A stretch of 64,000 nt of DNA from Roseibacillus sp. GTDB taxonomy: Bacteria; Verrucomicrobiota; Verrucomicrobiia; Verrucomicrobiales; Akkermansiaceae. Location of the stretch: NCBI GenBank assembly GCA_051251855.1, contig JBPOGI010000003.1, positions 64,001 through 128,000 of the forward strand, written 5' to 3'. The notes under the pieces are model-generated. The model saw only the letters and a program-made list of their open reading frames with translations, made no database searches and was not told the origin of the DNA. The position numbers and the translations under genes are program-made. Shown here piece after piece: positions 19,007-29,099 of this stretch; position 1 is the first letter of the stretch, and every line of letters begins with the position of its first letter.

Positions 19007-19247
19007 GCCTAGATCTTCGAAACAGGAGCAATCAGGTTGGATTTGCTTACGAGGAAAAGGGCTCTTATTCAAACCTTCCGAAGCCACGGGATAGGAGTTT
19101 GCCAGACCAATCCTATGGCTCAAAAGTAGATGCTATCTTGCTCTCAAACTAGATTTTCCAAGATAACTTTTCGAACAAAATAACGAACCTAAAATTCTTG
19201 TTCGCGGGCCTATGAAAGAAGGAGGCATCATTGAATGCTGAAGGGCC

Positions 19248-20318
19248 TCACTGGTCGCCGGAGAGGATAGGCTCCAGCGCAGGAAATCCCGAGGAGACTT
19301 GCTGATGAGAGGAACTCAGAATGCGGGAGTGAATGTCAGTCGAAGGAGAGAGGCCACTGAAGAAGGTGGGATCCACGCAGGCAGCAGTGGCAAGAGGATC
19401 CGACATCAATCCGTTTTGAGCCACAACGGTAGCAAGGAGCGAGTCCGTGGTCCCGAGACCGGTAGAGGGGTCGATGATGTGTGAGTATCGTCGACCTTCA
19501 ATATCAACAAATTGCTGCAAATCGCCAGAAGTCGAGATCGCGCAATCACTGACGAGCATTGTTGCGGAAAGCTCATTCTTAAAGTCTTGGAGTCCAACAG
19601 ACCAACCTGCCTTCTTGGGTGGAGCTTGACCACAGCGGACATCACCCCCGACAAGAATGAGTGCCGACGGCATACCCTTACTTTTGAGGACCTCGAGCAT
19701 TTGATCGGCGGCATAGCCCTTTGCTAAGCCTCCCAAATCGAGTCGTATCCCGTCTTTAAACTTACGAATTTTCTCCGTCTTAAGATCAACCTCGACGAGC
19801 TCCCAACCGGAAAGCTCACGCGCCAAGTCAAGAGTCTCAGTGGAGGGGAGCTTCTTTGCTTCCTTCGTCTCGCGCCAAAGATGAGTCATACTTCCGAGGG
19901 TCGGATCGTAAGACCCGTTGGTTAAGTCGGCGAGCTCAAGGCCATAGGCAACCATGGTGAGAAGGTCTTCGGAGGCGGGAAGCCATTTTCCAGCTTCAGC
20001 GGCATTGAATCGGGTGAGCTCGCTATCGGGTAAATAGTCAGAAGCGATCTGATTGATTTCTTCACCACGGATAAAGGCTGCGGCGATTGCATCATCAGCA
20101 TTTTCGGCGGAGTCGGCGTAAACCGTGACTGAGGCCATGGTACCCATTAGAGACTTCTGAGCTTGGTAGCGGTCCAGAACGATGACCGGTGGCTCTTCTA
20201 GGTAATTCTTCTTCTGTTCGAGATAGAACCAAATTCCCGCCATTGCGATAATGGCCAGAATCAGGGCAATGAAGAAGAATTTTGCTTTCTTCGGTTTAGG
20301 GGGTATTGATTTTGGCAT
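19248..20318 (-). CDS. apbE: FAD:protein FMN transferase (ApbE family)
   Basis: LMGT, SDYLPDSELTRFN, YDPTLG, LDLGGLAKGYAAD, STSGD, YSHIIDPSTG. Confidence 0.92.
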   Translation of the reverse strand: MPKSIPPKPKKAKFFFIALILAIIAMAGIWFYLEQKKNYLEEPPVIVLDRYQAQKSLMGTMASVTVYADSAENADDAIAAAFIRGEEINQIASDYLPDSELTRFNAAEAGKWLPASEDLLTMVAYGLELADLTNGSYDPTLGSMTHLWRETKEAKKLPSTETLDLARELSGWELVEVDLKTEKIRKFKDGIRLDLGGLAKGYAADQMLEVLKSKGMPSALILVGGDVRCGQAPPKKAGWSVGLQDFKNELSATMLVSDCAISTSGDLQQFVDIEGRRYSHIIDPSTGLGTTDSLLATVVAQNGLMSDPLATAACVDPTFFSGLSPSTDIHSRILSSSHQQVSSGFPALEPILSGDQ

Positions 20319-20820
20319 GAAGAATTTCGTCGCTGTCTGGTCTACTGTAATCGCAATGACTGGTTTCGTCCAAGCTGGAGAGTTGGCAGTGGGACAACCA
20401 ATTCCCGAAGTGAAGGTGAAGAATCAAAATGATGTCCTAGTGGACCTCGCCAAGACAGCGAAAGAGGGCTGGGTTCTTGTCTACTTCTACCCGAAAGCCG
20501 ATACCCCTGGGTGCACCAAGCAGGCTTGCTCGCTGCGGGATGCCTATGTGCAATTGACCGACCAGGGAGTGAAGGTTTACGGAGTCTCTACTGATAGCGT
20601 AGAAGCGCAGAAGAAGTTTGCGGAGAAGTATCAGCTGCCGTTTGAACTTCTTGCGGATAAGGGAAAAAAGCTGGTTACGGCCTTCGGAGTGCCAGCCGGA
20701 ATGGGCTTTGCAAAGCGACAGGCCTATTTGTTTAAGGATGGCACCTTGGTCTGGCGTGACTTAAAGGCGTCGACAGAGAAGCAAGCGACAGACGTTTTGG
20801 CCGTGATCAAAGAGTCGTAG
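20317..20820 (+). CDS. Peroxiredoxin (BCP/PrxQ type) with signal peptide
   Basis: YFYPKADTPGCTKQACSLRD. Confidence 0.92.
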   Translation: MKNFVAVWSTVIAMTGFVQAGELAVGQPIPEVKVKNQNDVLVDLAKTAKEGWVLVYFYPKADTPGCTKQACSLRDAYVQLTDQGVKVYGVSTDSVEAQKKFAEKYQLPFELLADKGKKLVTAFGVPAGMGFAKRQAYLFKDGTLVWRDLKASTEKQATDVLAVIKES

Positions 20821-20869
20821 AGTGCGCTCCGTGCTTGTCAGGATGGGTCCTGCCCTCTTCACTGCGGGT

Positions 20870-21178
20870 ATGGAACACCATGTCTATTTCTGGTTAAAAG
20901 AGGAGAAGAAGAATTCCGAAGATCGAGCGGCTTTTGAGGTGGGCTTGAAGAATCTCTTTAAGATTAAGGAAGTTGCCAGCGGAGTCTGGGCCACTCCCGC
21001 CAAGACTGCTGTTAGGCCTGTGACCGAAAATACTTGGGATTACGCGCTTTCAATCAAGTTTGCTTCCCAAGTGGAGCACGACATTTATCAAGACCATCCC
21101 GAGCACGATGTCTTTGTGGATGAATTTAAAGACTACTGGTCTCAGGTCCAAGTAATGGATCTCGAAGAAGGCCGTTAG
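20870..21178 (+). CDS. Dabb family (stress-responsive A/B barrel) protein
   Basis: HHVYFWLK...WDYAL...YQDHPEHDVFV. Confidence 0.85.
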   Translation: MEHHVYFWLKEEKKNSEDRAAFEVGLKNLFKIKEVASGVWATPAKTAVRPVTENTWDYALSIKFASQVEHDIYQDHPEHDVFVDEFKDYWSQVQVMDLEEGR

Positions 21179-21268
21179 AGCGGACCGATGGGCGTGGGTT
21201 CTGATTTCCTCGGCACCCATTGATACTCAATTGCGACGGGGTTGGGAGTAGCCTACTTTGATAGTGTT

Positions 21269-21703
21269 ATGAAAATGATCATTGCCGCTATCGATTTCTC
21301 AGATGTCAGTACCAAGGTTCTTGAGCAAACGGCTGAACTTGCCAAAGCCACGGGAGCGCAAGTTCTTATTGTTCACGCCATTGAACAGCTGACGTCCTTC
21401 TATGATATTTATGGTTATACCGTTCCGGATATCGGTGACTTCGAGAATCACGCTCGTGAGCGCGCCGAAGCAGCTCTAAAGGAGAGAGCTGAGACCTTGA
21501 AGTTGCCTGCCGACCAAGTGCGGGTTCAAGTCTTGGAGGGAGGGATGCTCGAGACTCTCGTTGCCTGTGCGAAGGAGAACGAGGCCGACCTTTTAGTCCT
21601 CGGCAGCCACGGTCATGGTGTGGTCGCTCGGGTGCTTCTTGGTTCCACTGCGCAGAGGGTGATTAATCAGGCAACCGTTCCTACTCTGATTGTTCCTGCA
21701 TAG
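21269..21703 (+). CDS. Universal stress protein (UspA family)
   Basis: IIAAIDFS, ADLLVLGSHGHG, LLGSTAQRV, PTLIVP. Confidence 0.92.
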   Translation: MKMIIAAIDFSDVSTKVLEQTAELAKATGAQVLIVHAIEQLTSFYDIYGYTVPDIGDFENHARERAEAALKERAETLKLPADQVRVQVLEGGMLETLVACAKENEADLLVLGSHGHGVVARVLLGSTAQRVINQATVPTLIVPA

Positions 21704-21754
21704 TGGCCGACCTTTCGGCTTTTGACTCGCACGAAAATCACGTAGACTCACCTT

Positions 21755-22669
21755 GTGAGTAATGTGGTAACAAGCTTTCCCGATAGGCGATTATCTCCCG
21801 CGATCGATCAAGTCGGTGTTGAAGAGCGAGCAGCACGGTTTTGCACTCGGAGTATTAAGAAGGAGAGCAAGCTCTCGGTTCTCAGGCTGGCGGTAACAAT
21901 GCTGGATGTAACCACTCTCGAAGGTGCTGATTCTGAGGGCAAGGTGCGGCAGATGTGTGGCAAGGCTTTGCGACCTCTTCCGGGCGATCTCTCGGTGGGA
22001 CCTACCGCAGCAGTATGCGTGTATCCGCGGATGGTTAAAGTAGCGGCCAAGGCCGTTGCGGGTAGCAGCGTGAAGGTGGCAGCAGTAGCGACTGCGTTTC
22101 CAAGTGGTCAAATGCGGCTCAAGGAGCGAGTGGCTGAGATTAAGTATGCAGTAGGAGAAGGTGCGGATGAGATCGACATGGTGATTTCTCGCGGCCAGTT
22201 TTTACAGGGAGAGTACCGCGCTATTTTTGATGAAATTGCGAGCTGCAAGGAGGCTTGCGGGAAGGCGCACCTCAAGGTAATTCTCGAGACTGGCGAGCTT
22301 GTTACCTATGATCAAGTTCGTTGGGCTAGTGACATTGCGATGGCCGCAGGGGGCGACTTTATTAAAACCTCCACCGGCAAGGTGAGTCCTGCGGCAACGC
22401 TTCCGGTGACGCTCGTGATGTTGCAAGCGATTGAAGATTTTTACGAACGAACCGGCCGCATGGTGGGGATGAAGCCAGCGGGCGGCATCAGTAATGCGAA
22501 GTTGGCGCTGCAATATCTCGTCATGGTCAAAGAAGTGCTGGGTGAGAAGTGGCTGACCAATGAGTGGTTCCGCTTCGGAGCCAGTTCGTTGACCAACGAC
22601 CTATTGATGCAAATTCGCAAACAAGAAACCGGCCGCTACCAGAGCGGAGACTACTTTACGAAAGACTGA
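21755..22669 (+). CDS. deoC: Deoxyribose-phosphate aldolase (long DERA-like form)
   Basis: LDVTTLEGAD, AAVCVYP, GADEIDMVI, LKVILETGEL, DFIKTSTGK, KPAGGI, RFGASSL. Confidence 0.94.
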   Translation: MSNVVTSFPDRRLSPAIDQVGVEERAARFCTRSIKKESKLSVLRLAVTMLDVTTLEGADSEGKVRQMCGKALRPLPGDLSVGPTAAVCVYPRMVKVAAKAVAGSSVKVAAVATAFPSGQMRLKERVAEIKYAVGEGADEIDMVISRGQFLQGEYRAIFDEIASCKEACGKAHLKVILETGELVTYDQVRWASDIAMAAGGDFIKTSTGKVSPAATLPVTLVMLQAIEDFYERTGRMVGMKPAGGISNAKLALQYLVMVKEVLGEKWLTNEWFRFGASSLTNDLLMQIRKQETGRYQSGDYFTKD

Positions 22670-22705
22670 TCACTCGCGACCGCGATCCAACGAACACAAT
22701 TTTCC

Positions 22706-24169
22706 ATGGCTACCAAATCTAATCCCGGCCCTCATCATTTCGTCTTTGGCGATTATGCTCCTGCACCTGAATCTTCAGATCATGTGCTTCTCGAAAAAAA
22801 TTACGACCTCTACATCGACGGGAAGTGGGTGAAGGCCCCTTCTCGTTTCAAGACCGTCAACCCAGCGACCGAAGAAGTGATCGCGGAAGTGGGGCTGGCA
22901 GGAAAGAAGGAAGTCAATCTCGCTGTTAAGGCCGCTCGCAAGGCTTTCGAAGGACCTTGGGGAAAAATGAGTGGTGCTGAGCGTGGTAAGTACCTCTTTC
23001 GTATCGCACGACTCATCCAAGAGCGCGCCCGCGAGTTTGCGATTATCGAGACGATGGACGGAGGTAAGCCTATTCGTGAAAGCAGGGACGTCGACATTCC
23101 CCTAGTGGCGGCTCACTTTTTCTACCATGCAGGTTGGGCGGATAAGCTCGACTATGCGTTTCCTGGCAAGAAACCCAAGCCACTCGGAGTGGTTGGTCAG
23201 GTTATTCCTTGGAACTTTCCCCTTCTCATGGCGGCTTGGAAAATTGCGCCCGCTCTCGCCTGTGGAAACACGGTGGTCTTAAAGCCTGCCGAAACGACGC
23301 CTTTGACCGCACTCAAGCTAGCAGAGCTTTTTGAGGATGCAGGATTGCCTCCAGGGGTAGTGAACATTGTCACCGGCGCGGGTGAAACAGGGCAAGCTCT
23401 CGTCGAACACCCCGATGTAGATAAAGTCGCTTTCACCGGTTCAACCGGAGTGGGCAAGAATATCCGCCGCGCTCTTGCCGGCACTGATAAGAAGTTCACT
23501 CTCGAACTAGGAGGCAAGGCTGCGAACATTATTTTCGAAGATGCGGCCATCAACGAAGCGGTGGAAGGAATTGTGAATGGAATCTTCTTCAACCAAGGTC
23601 ATGTCTGTTGCGCCGGTTCACGCCTCTTTGTCCAAGAGAGCATCGCAAACCAGGTGATTCGCAAGCTGCAGAAGCGCATGGAGACCCTCGTAGTAGGCAA
23701 TCCCCTTGATAAAAACACAGACATCGGCGCTATTAATTCTTCCGAACAACTGCAGCGTATCAAAACTCTTGTCGACGTTGGCAAAGAAGAAGGAGCTTCT
23801 CTCTGGCAAACAGAAGGTCGTCTCCCTCGCAAAGGATTCTGGTTCAAGCCGACCCTCTTTACCGAATGCGCCCAGAGCAGTCGCGTGGTGCAAGAAGAAA
23901 TCTTTGGGCCCGTGCTTGCAATTCAGACTTTCCGCACGCCGAAGGAAGCCATCGAGAAAGCGAACAATACGCCGTATGGTTTGAGCGGAGGAGTTTGGTC
24001 TGACAAGGGCTCTAAAGTCTTTAAGATGACCGGTAACCTGAAGGCGGGAGTTGTCTGGGCGAATACCTTTAACAAGTTTGACCCCACCTCACCATTTGGC
24101 GGTTATAAGGAATCCGGTATTGGCCGCGAAGGCGGCGTGCATGGATTGGCGGCTTACTTGGATTTCTAA
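22706..24169 (+). CDS. Aldehyde dehydrogenase (deoC-linked, probably acting on acetaldehyde)
   Basis: IPWNFPL, KPAETTP, FTGSTGVG, LELGGK, NQGHVCCAGSR, EEIFGPV. Confidence 0.93.
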   Translation: MATKSNPGPHHFVFGDYAPAPESSDHVLLEKNYDLYIDGKWVKAPSRFKTVNPATEEVIAEVGLAGKKEVNLAVKAARKAFEGPWGKMSGAERGKYLFRIARLIQERAREFAIIETMDGGKPIRESRDVDIPLVAAHFFYHAGWADKLDYAFPGKKPKPLGVVGQVIPWNFPLLMAAWKIAPALACGNTVVLKPAETTPLTALKLAELFEDAGLPPGVVNIVTGAGETGQALVEHPDVDKVAFTGSTGVGKNIRRALAGTDKKFTLELGGKAANIIFEDAAINEAVEGIVNGIFFNQGHVCCAGSRLFVQESIANQVIRKLQKRMETLVVGNPLDKNTDIGAINSSEQLQRIKTLVDVGKEEGASLWQTEGRLPRKGFWFKPTLFTECAQSSRVVQEEIFGPVLAIQTFRTPKEAIEKANNTPYGLSGGVWSDKGSKVFKMTGNLKAGVVWANTFNKFDPTSPFGGYKESGIGREGGVHGLAAYLDF

Positions 24170-24196
24170 AGGGTGCTTTCGTTTTTCTGTTAGAGT

Positions 24197-24505
24197 ATGG
24201 GCTACCCGCAAGAGCGAAGAAGAGAACTCTGGTTTGCCATTTCAGTTGCGCTCGTGTTGTTTCTTGCGATTGCTGGAATTGCTATCTTGCAGCGGGAACT
24301 AATCGTATTCTTTTTCGCCGTACCATTCGCTCTCGTATTGCCCATTCTTCTCTGGAAAGTGAAGAAGTCAGACAAAGTCTTCGAGGCTGAGCTAAAACGT
24401 GAAGAACGGTTCATTCAGAACCATCCTATCTTCAGTATCTTGCTGCTGGTTGCCTCTACGCTCTGTGGAATTTGGTATCTTGTTACCGCTTTGAGCAAGA
24501 CTTAG
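24197..24505 (+). CDS. Small hypothetical membrane protein
   Basis: ORF with three hydrophobic segments. Confidence 0.6.
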   Translation: MGYPQERRRELWFAISVALVLFLAIAGIAILQRELIVFFFAVPFALVLPILLWKVKKSDKVFEAELKREERFIQNHPIFSILLLVASTLCGIWYLVTALSKT

Positions 24506-24653
24506 GAGCGAGATTTCTCTCATCAGATAGCTTTCTCGCAGAACCGGCTCCACATTGAGATTGGGTTGCTGACAACGCGAGAAGCGAGGATGGAAAACAC
24601 ACCAGCTCAGCCAGCTTTGTTACCAAAGCAACTCCATAGAGTATGTGGCTAGG

Positions 24654-25403
24654 TTAGTTCTTTGAAGAACGCCCACGACGCAGAAGAGCGCAGCTCCCTA
24701 AGAGAAGAAGAAGGCTTGAGGAGGGCTCAGGGATGGCGGTTCCGGTAATCAAAATGTTATCGAAACGGAGATCGTCGTTTCCGTCAAAGTCGTCGAACCT
24801 CAAGGAGAGAACTGGTTGGTTGTTGAGAGCGGTGACGGAGCTCAAGTCGAGCACTTGTTCCACGAATCCTGCATCGAGATTCAGACCAGCTGTAAAAGGC
24901 TCGTTGTTAAAGATTTCTGAGGAAACACCTCCCTCGAAGTCTTTGATCGTACCAACCACATCCATGGCTTCAGAAGTGTCGGCCAAAATATTCGGGCTAT
25001 ATTTGAGGTCGAAGGATGTGATGCCTCCATCGGGATTTCCTTCAACATCGAATCGAATGGTGATGTCCTGATAACCAAGAGTGGATATTTGGATGAAAAA
25101 TTCAGCATCGTTTTCCCCGCCTTTGGCAGCATCGTCCCAAGCGAAACTTCTATCTTCGAGGGCGTTGATGCTGAACTCGGGAGCAGAAAAAGCGACTCCG
25201 CCTTTTCCATTCCCATCAGTATCTGCTCGTTGCTGAAAGAGGGTGCCAGATCCTTGGGTAACGGGATGGGTAATCTGGACGACTTCGTCTGCTTCACTAA
25301 AACCGTTATCGAAGTCCCAGAATGCAATGAGAGATGCGGACTGGGCGTTCGCGAGAAGAGCGGCGGTGACTCCTAGGCTGAGGACTGTGCTTTGATTCTT
25401 CAT
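24654..25403 (-). CDS. PEP-CTERM sorting-domain secreted protein
   Basis: Signal peptide; acidic body; C-terminal TAIPEPSSSLLLLLGSCALLRRGR. Confidence 0.9.
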   Translation of the reverse strand: MKNQSTVLSLGVTAALLANAQSASLIAFWDFDNGFSEADEVVQITHPVTQGSGTLFQQRADTDGNGKGGVAFSAPEFSINALEDRSFAWDDAAKGGENDAEFFIQISTLGYQDITIRFDVEGNPDGGITSFDLKYSPNILADTSEAMDVVGTIKDFEGGVSSEIFNNEPFTAGLNLDAGFVEQVLDLSSVTALNNQPVLSLRFDDFDGNDDLRFDNILITGTAIPEPSSSLLLLLGSCALLRRGRSSKN

Positions 25404-25652
25404 AGTGGGACCATTTCTTGGTGAGGCGTTGACGCTAGCGGCCGAAAACTATTGAGGCAAATGTTAGTTTACAGACTTTTGGATTCAATTTTGAGGAGGC
25501 TCAAGCAAGAACTCTTTTTGGTTCTTGGGGAGGGGATGTCTGTTCCTGCTTAAGAATGAAAGCTCCTCAAATGGCCACTGTCTTAACCTTTGTTGGTTAC
25601 AAAGAATCTAGCTTCCTCTGCAAAAGTGAGCTGGATGAATTAGCTGCTTCAC

Positions 25653-25890
25653 TTATTTCACAAACCAGTTGAGAGCTTCTTCGGCGAGGCGATCAGGTTC
25701 TGTGTGAGCAAGCACTTGGTCGGCTTCACTGAAGTTCATAAGTGGGACGAGGTATTCTTTTCCCTTCATGGAGAGAACTACTGTTTCGGCCTCAAGTTGG
25801 ACGAGTTCGGCCTCGATGACCTTGTCGTCTTTGTTCGTTCATTCTCGCGCTTGGAAGGAGTGGGAGGTGAGAGTCTTGATTATTAGGTGA
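25653..25890 (-). pseudogene. Remnant of an SHD1-like domain protein (nonsense codon, no start)
   Basis: Reads FQARE*TNKDDKVIEAELVQLEAETVVLSMKGKEYLVPLMNFSEADQ...WFVK*; TGA at 25841-25839 replaces the Trp of the RxWT motif. Confidence 0.6.
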
Positions 25891-25966
25891 AGCCCTTAGC
25901 TTTGATTTTGAACGGAGATTGACGTTGTCGTTGACGAGGACTGAAGTGGACGCTCCTCTTGGATAT

Positions 25967-26001
25967 AAAAAAACGGCGACTTCCGAGGAAGTCGCCGTTT
26001 T
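25967..26001 (-). terminator. Intrinsic terminator of sucCD
   Basis: CGGCGACTTCC / GGAAGTCGCCG inverted repeat with A7 on + (U-tract on -). Confidence 0.85.
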
Positions 26002-26023
26002 GGGTAAAAGGGATTGTATAGGA

Positions 26024-26932
26024 TTACCTACCCCAGGCTTCCATGAGCGAGCGGCCCATGTCGGCAGGAGTTTCCGCGACGGCGAGGCCGCATTCCTTGA
26101 GGATGCGCTTTTTGGCTTGGGCGGTGTCGTCTTCGCCACCAACGATGGCTCCGGCGTGGCCCATGCGGCGTCCCGGAGGAGCTGTGGCTCCGGCGATGAA
26201 GGCAGCAACGGGCTTTTTGCAGTTGTCCTTGATCCAACGGCCGGCTTCGACTTCGGCGTCGCCACCGATTTCTCCGATAAGGATGATGGCTTCGGTTTCG
26301 TCGTCGTCGTTGAACATCTTGACGATGTCCAAGTGAGAGGTGCCGTTGATGGGGTCGCCACCGATGCCGACGCAGGTGCTCTGACCTTCCCCGACTTGGC
26401 TGACTTGCCAGACCGCTTCGTAGGTGAGAGTTCCGGAGCGGGAAACGATGCCCACGCTGCCGCGCTTGTGAATGTGTCCGGGGGCGATGCCGATGCGGCA
26501 ACCACCGTGGGAACCTTCTCCGCGACCAGGAGTGACAAGGCCGGGGCAGTTGGGTCCAATGAGGCGGGTCTTGCAACCCTCGGCCATGATGGACTTGACC
26601 TTCATCATGTCCATGACGGGGATGCCTTCGGTGATGGCGACGGCGAGTTCAAGCTCGGCATCAACTGCTTCCAAAATCGCATCCGCCGCGAAGGGAGGAG
26701 GCACGAAGATGGCGCTGGCAGTGGCCCCAGTCTCTTTCGCGGCCTCGGCCACGGTGTCGAAGATGGGCACTTTGGCGCCGTTGTGCTCAAAGAATTGTCC
26801 GCCTTTGCCAGGAGTGACACCCGCGACAAGCTGGGTGCCGTAATCGAGGCTAAGCCCCGCGTGACGGCCTCCGAAGCCGCCAGTGATTCCCTGCACGAGG
26901 ACCTTTGTGTTTTCGTCTACTAAAATAGCCAT
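26024..26932 (-). CDS. sucD: Succinyl-CoA synthetase alpha subunit
   Basis: [42 protein letters not shown]. Confidence 0.97.
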   Translation of the reverse strand: MAILVDENTKVLVQGITGGFGGRHAGLSLDYGTQLVAGVTPGKGGQFFEHNGAKVPIFDTVAEAAKETGATASAIFVPPPFAADAILEAVDAELELAVAITEGIPVMDMMKVKSIMAEGCKTRLIGPNCPGLVTPGRGEGSHGGCRIGIAPGHIHKRGSVGIVSRSGTLTYEAVWQVSQVGEGQSTCVGIGGDPINGTSHLDIVKMFNDDDETEAIILIGEIGGDAEVEAGRWIKDNCKKPVAAFIAGATAPPGRRMGHAGAIVGGEDDTAQAKKRILKECGLAVAETPADMGRSLMEAWGR

Positions 26933-26977
26933 AAGAAAAGTTTGTTAGTGTTCAGTTTGTTAGTTTTTCAGTCCTGA

Positions 26978-28165
26978 TTAGGCGGCTTGGGTGGCTGCGA
27001 CGACTTTCTTAGCGGCGTCGAGGATGTCGTCGCCGGTGATGAGGTTGAGTCCGCTTTCGCGTAGGGTCTTCTTACCTGCTTCCACGTTGTTGCCTTCGAG
27101 GCGAACGACGAGGGGGATGTTGAGGCCGACTTCTTTGGAAGCGGCGACCACTCCCTCGGCGATGACATTGCAGTCCATGATGCCTCCGAAGATGTTGATG
27201 AGGATGGCTTCCACGTTGGGGTCGCCGGTGATGATTTTGAATGCTGCTGCAACTTGGTCTTTCGTTGCACCACCTCCGACGTCGAGGAAGTTGGCGGGGT
27301 CGCCTCCGGCGTGCTTGATGATGTCCATGGTGGCCATGGCGAGACCGGCTCCGTTGACGAGACAGGCGATGTTGCCGTCGAGTCCAATGTAGTTGAGGTC
27401 GTATTCACCTGCCGCAACTTCGCGTGGGTCTTCCTCATCCTTGTCACGGTAGGCCATGATATCGGGATGACGATAGAGGGCGTTGTCGTCGAAGCCGAAC
27501 TTGGCGTCGAGAGCGAGGATGCGTCCGTCGGTGGTTTCCACCAGCGGGTTGATTTCAACCATAGCGCAATCGCTTTCAAGGAAGAGTTTGTAGAGGTTGC
27601 TGAGGAGCTTGGCGAATTGCTTACCAGCGTCCTTGCTCAGGCCGAGGCCTTTGATCATCTTGCGCACTTCGTAGCCCTGCAAACCAGCGAGAGGGTGGAT
27701 GAATTGCTTGATGATTTTCTCGGGGCGGTTCTCGGCCACTTCTTCGATATCCATGCCGCCTTCGACGGAAGCGACAATCACGGGCCGGGAAGTGGCGCGG
27801 TCCATGAGGATGGAAAGATAATATTCGTGGGTGAGGTCGACGGCCTCGGCGACCATGACTTTGCGGACGAGCTTGCCTTCTTCACCGGTTTGCTTGGTGA
27901 CGAGGGTTTCGCCGATCATCTTGCCGGCAATTTCGCCGATTTTTGCGGGGTCGCTGTCGAGATGAACTCCACCTTGGAAGCCATTTTTGAAAGTTCCTTT
28001 GCCTCGGCCACCGGCGTGGACCTGCGCCTTGACGACGTAGTTGCCTCCTCCGATTTCTTCGGCAACGGCTTGTGCTTCGGCAGCACTCCCGGCAACTTTT
28101 CCATTAGGGCTCGGCACGCCGAACTTTTCGAACAATTCCTTAGCTTGGTATTCGTGAATATTCAT
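26978..28165 (-). CDS. sucC: Succinyl-CoA synthetase beta subunit
   Basis: [48 protein letters not shown]. Confidence 0.97.
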   Translation of the reverse strand: MNIHEYQAKELFEKFGVPSPNGKVAGSAAEAQAVAEEIGGGNYVVKAQVHAGGRGKGTFKNGFQGGVHLDSDPAKIGEIAGKMIGETLVTKQTGEEGKLVRKVMVAEAVDLTHEYYLSILMDRATSRPVIVASVEGGMDIEEVAENRPEKIIKQFIHPLAGLQGYEVRKMIKGLGLSKDAGKQFAKLLSNLYKLFLESDCAMVEINPLVETTDGRILALDAKFGFDDNALYRHPDIMAYRDKDEEDPREVAAGEYDLNYIGLDGNIACLVNGAGLAMATMDIIKHAGGDPANFLDVGGGATKDQVAAAFKIITGDPNVEAILINIFGGIMDCNVIAEGVVAASKEVGLNIPLVVRLEGNNVEAGKKTLRESGLNLITGDDILDAAKKVVAATQAA

Positions 28166-28316
28166 TTCTCTCGCGGACGCGCGAGGCTAACGCTTTGTGC
28201 CCAATTCGCAACCTAGAACTCTTTTGTTTCTGGGGATTGTTGGGGAAGCAAGCCACAGTAGGAGGATGCTATGACCGCCGAGAATGGAGGGGAGGAGGGA
28301 ATAGGAGGTTTTGGTC

Positions 28317-29006
28317 CTACCAAGTGGCGTTGGAGCCGCGGGTGTCGATGTGGATGAAGCCGCTGTAGAAGCCGAGGCCTCCTTGGAAAAAGCCTTCTTC
28401 GCGCAGCTGGAAGGCGACTTCGTAGGCGGCTTCGGAACCGGCCTCGTAGACGAGGTCGAGGGCGTTGTTGCGGGTGTGATAGGAGCGAGTGGCACCGCCG
28501 CACTCCCGATTGTAGGCAGGGGTACGGTAGGCGGAGGTGATGTAGCTGAGGGGAGTGCCGAGGCGGTGGCGAACCTCATCGGCAACTCGCAAGGTCTCGG
28601 GGATGTTGTGCCACAGGCTTTTTCTAGGAAGACCGTTAGCGACACCTTTACGAGTGCGGGTGTGAGGGGTGATGATCTCGTGGGTGCGTATGTAGCGGAA
28701 GGCGTGCTTGTCTAGAAACTGGGCGTAGTCGCCTTGGTAGAGTTCGGGATGGAGCTCTTGGAAGGAAGGCTGAGGAGGCGCGGGTGTTGAGGGGCGGCTT
28801 GCGAGGGCTTCGTTGAGATCGGCGGCGAGGTCGTCTTTGATGTTGTCCAAGGTTCGACCTGTTTCGGCTAGGCGGCTTTGGAATTGTTGCCGTTCATGAT
28901 TGCTGAGGGAGGAGAAGCCTTTGGCTGAAACGGCTGCGGCGAGTCCCCATAGGCTAGCTGATTCGAGCCAACGGCGTCGAGTGATTCTAGGGGATGAGGA
29001 GGACAT
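28317..29006 (-). CDS. Peptidase M15A-like D-Ala-D-Ala metallopeptidase with twin-arginine-like signal
   Basis: TRRRWL leader; SAYRTPAYN, SYHTRNNALD, FIHIDTRG. Confidence 0.85.
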   Translation of the reverse strand: MSSSSPRITRRRWLESASLWGLAAAVSAKGFSSLSNHERQQFQSRLAETGRTLDNIKDDLAADLNEALASRPSTPAPPQPSFQELHPELYQGDYAQFLDKHAFRYIRTHEIITPHTRTRKGVANGLPRKSLWHNIPETLRVADEVRHRLGTPLSYITSAYRTPAYNRECGGATRSYHTRNNALDLVYEAGSEAAYEVAFQLREEGFFQGGLGFYSGFIHIDTRGSNATW

Positions 29007-29099
29007 GGTTAACGGAAACGGGGAAGAGTAGGCTCGTTTGTTCAAAAAATCACTGAATCTTTGGTTCAAAAGTGGGAAATCTGACTTAGGCTCTGGGTC

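Noticed and set aside
25839..25841. Second selenocysteine UGA
   Set aside because: Aligns with a conserved Trp, not Cys, and the frame has no start; a nonsense mutation is more likely
26939..26972. AGTTTGTTAGT direct repeat between sucC and sucD
   Set aside because: Only two copies in a 45-bp spacer; no supportable function
25792..28216. Long alternative-frame and antisense ORFs over sucCD (similar ones over the ECF, sulfatase, pabB and pdxA genes)
   Set aside because: Shadow ORFs expected from codon bias; no recognisable motifs
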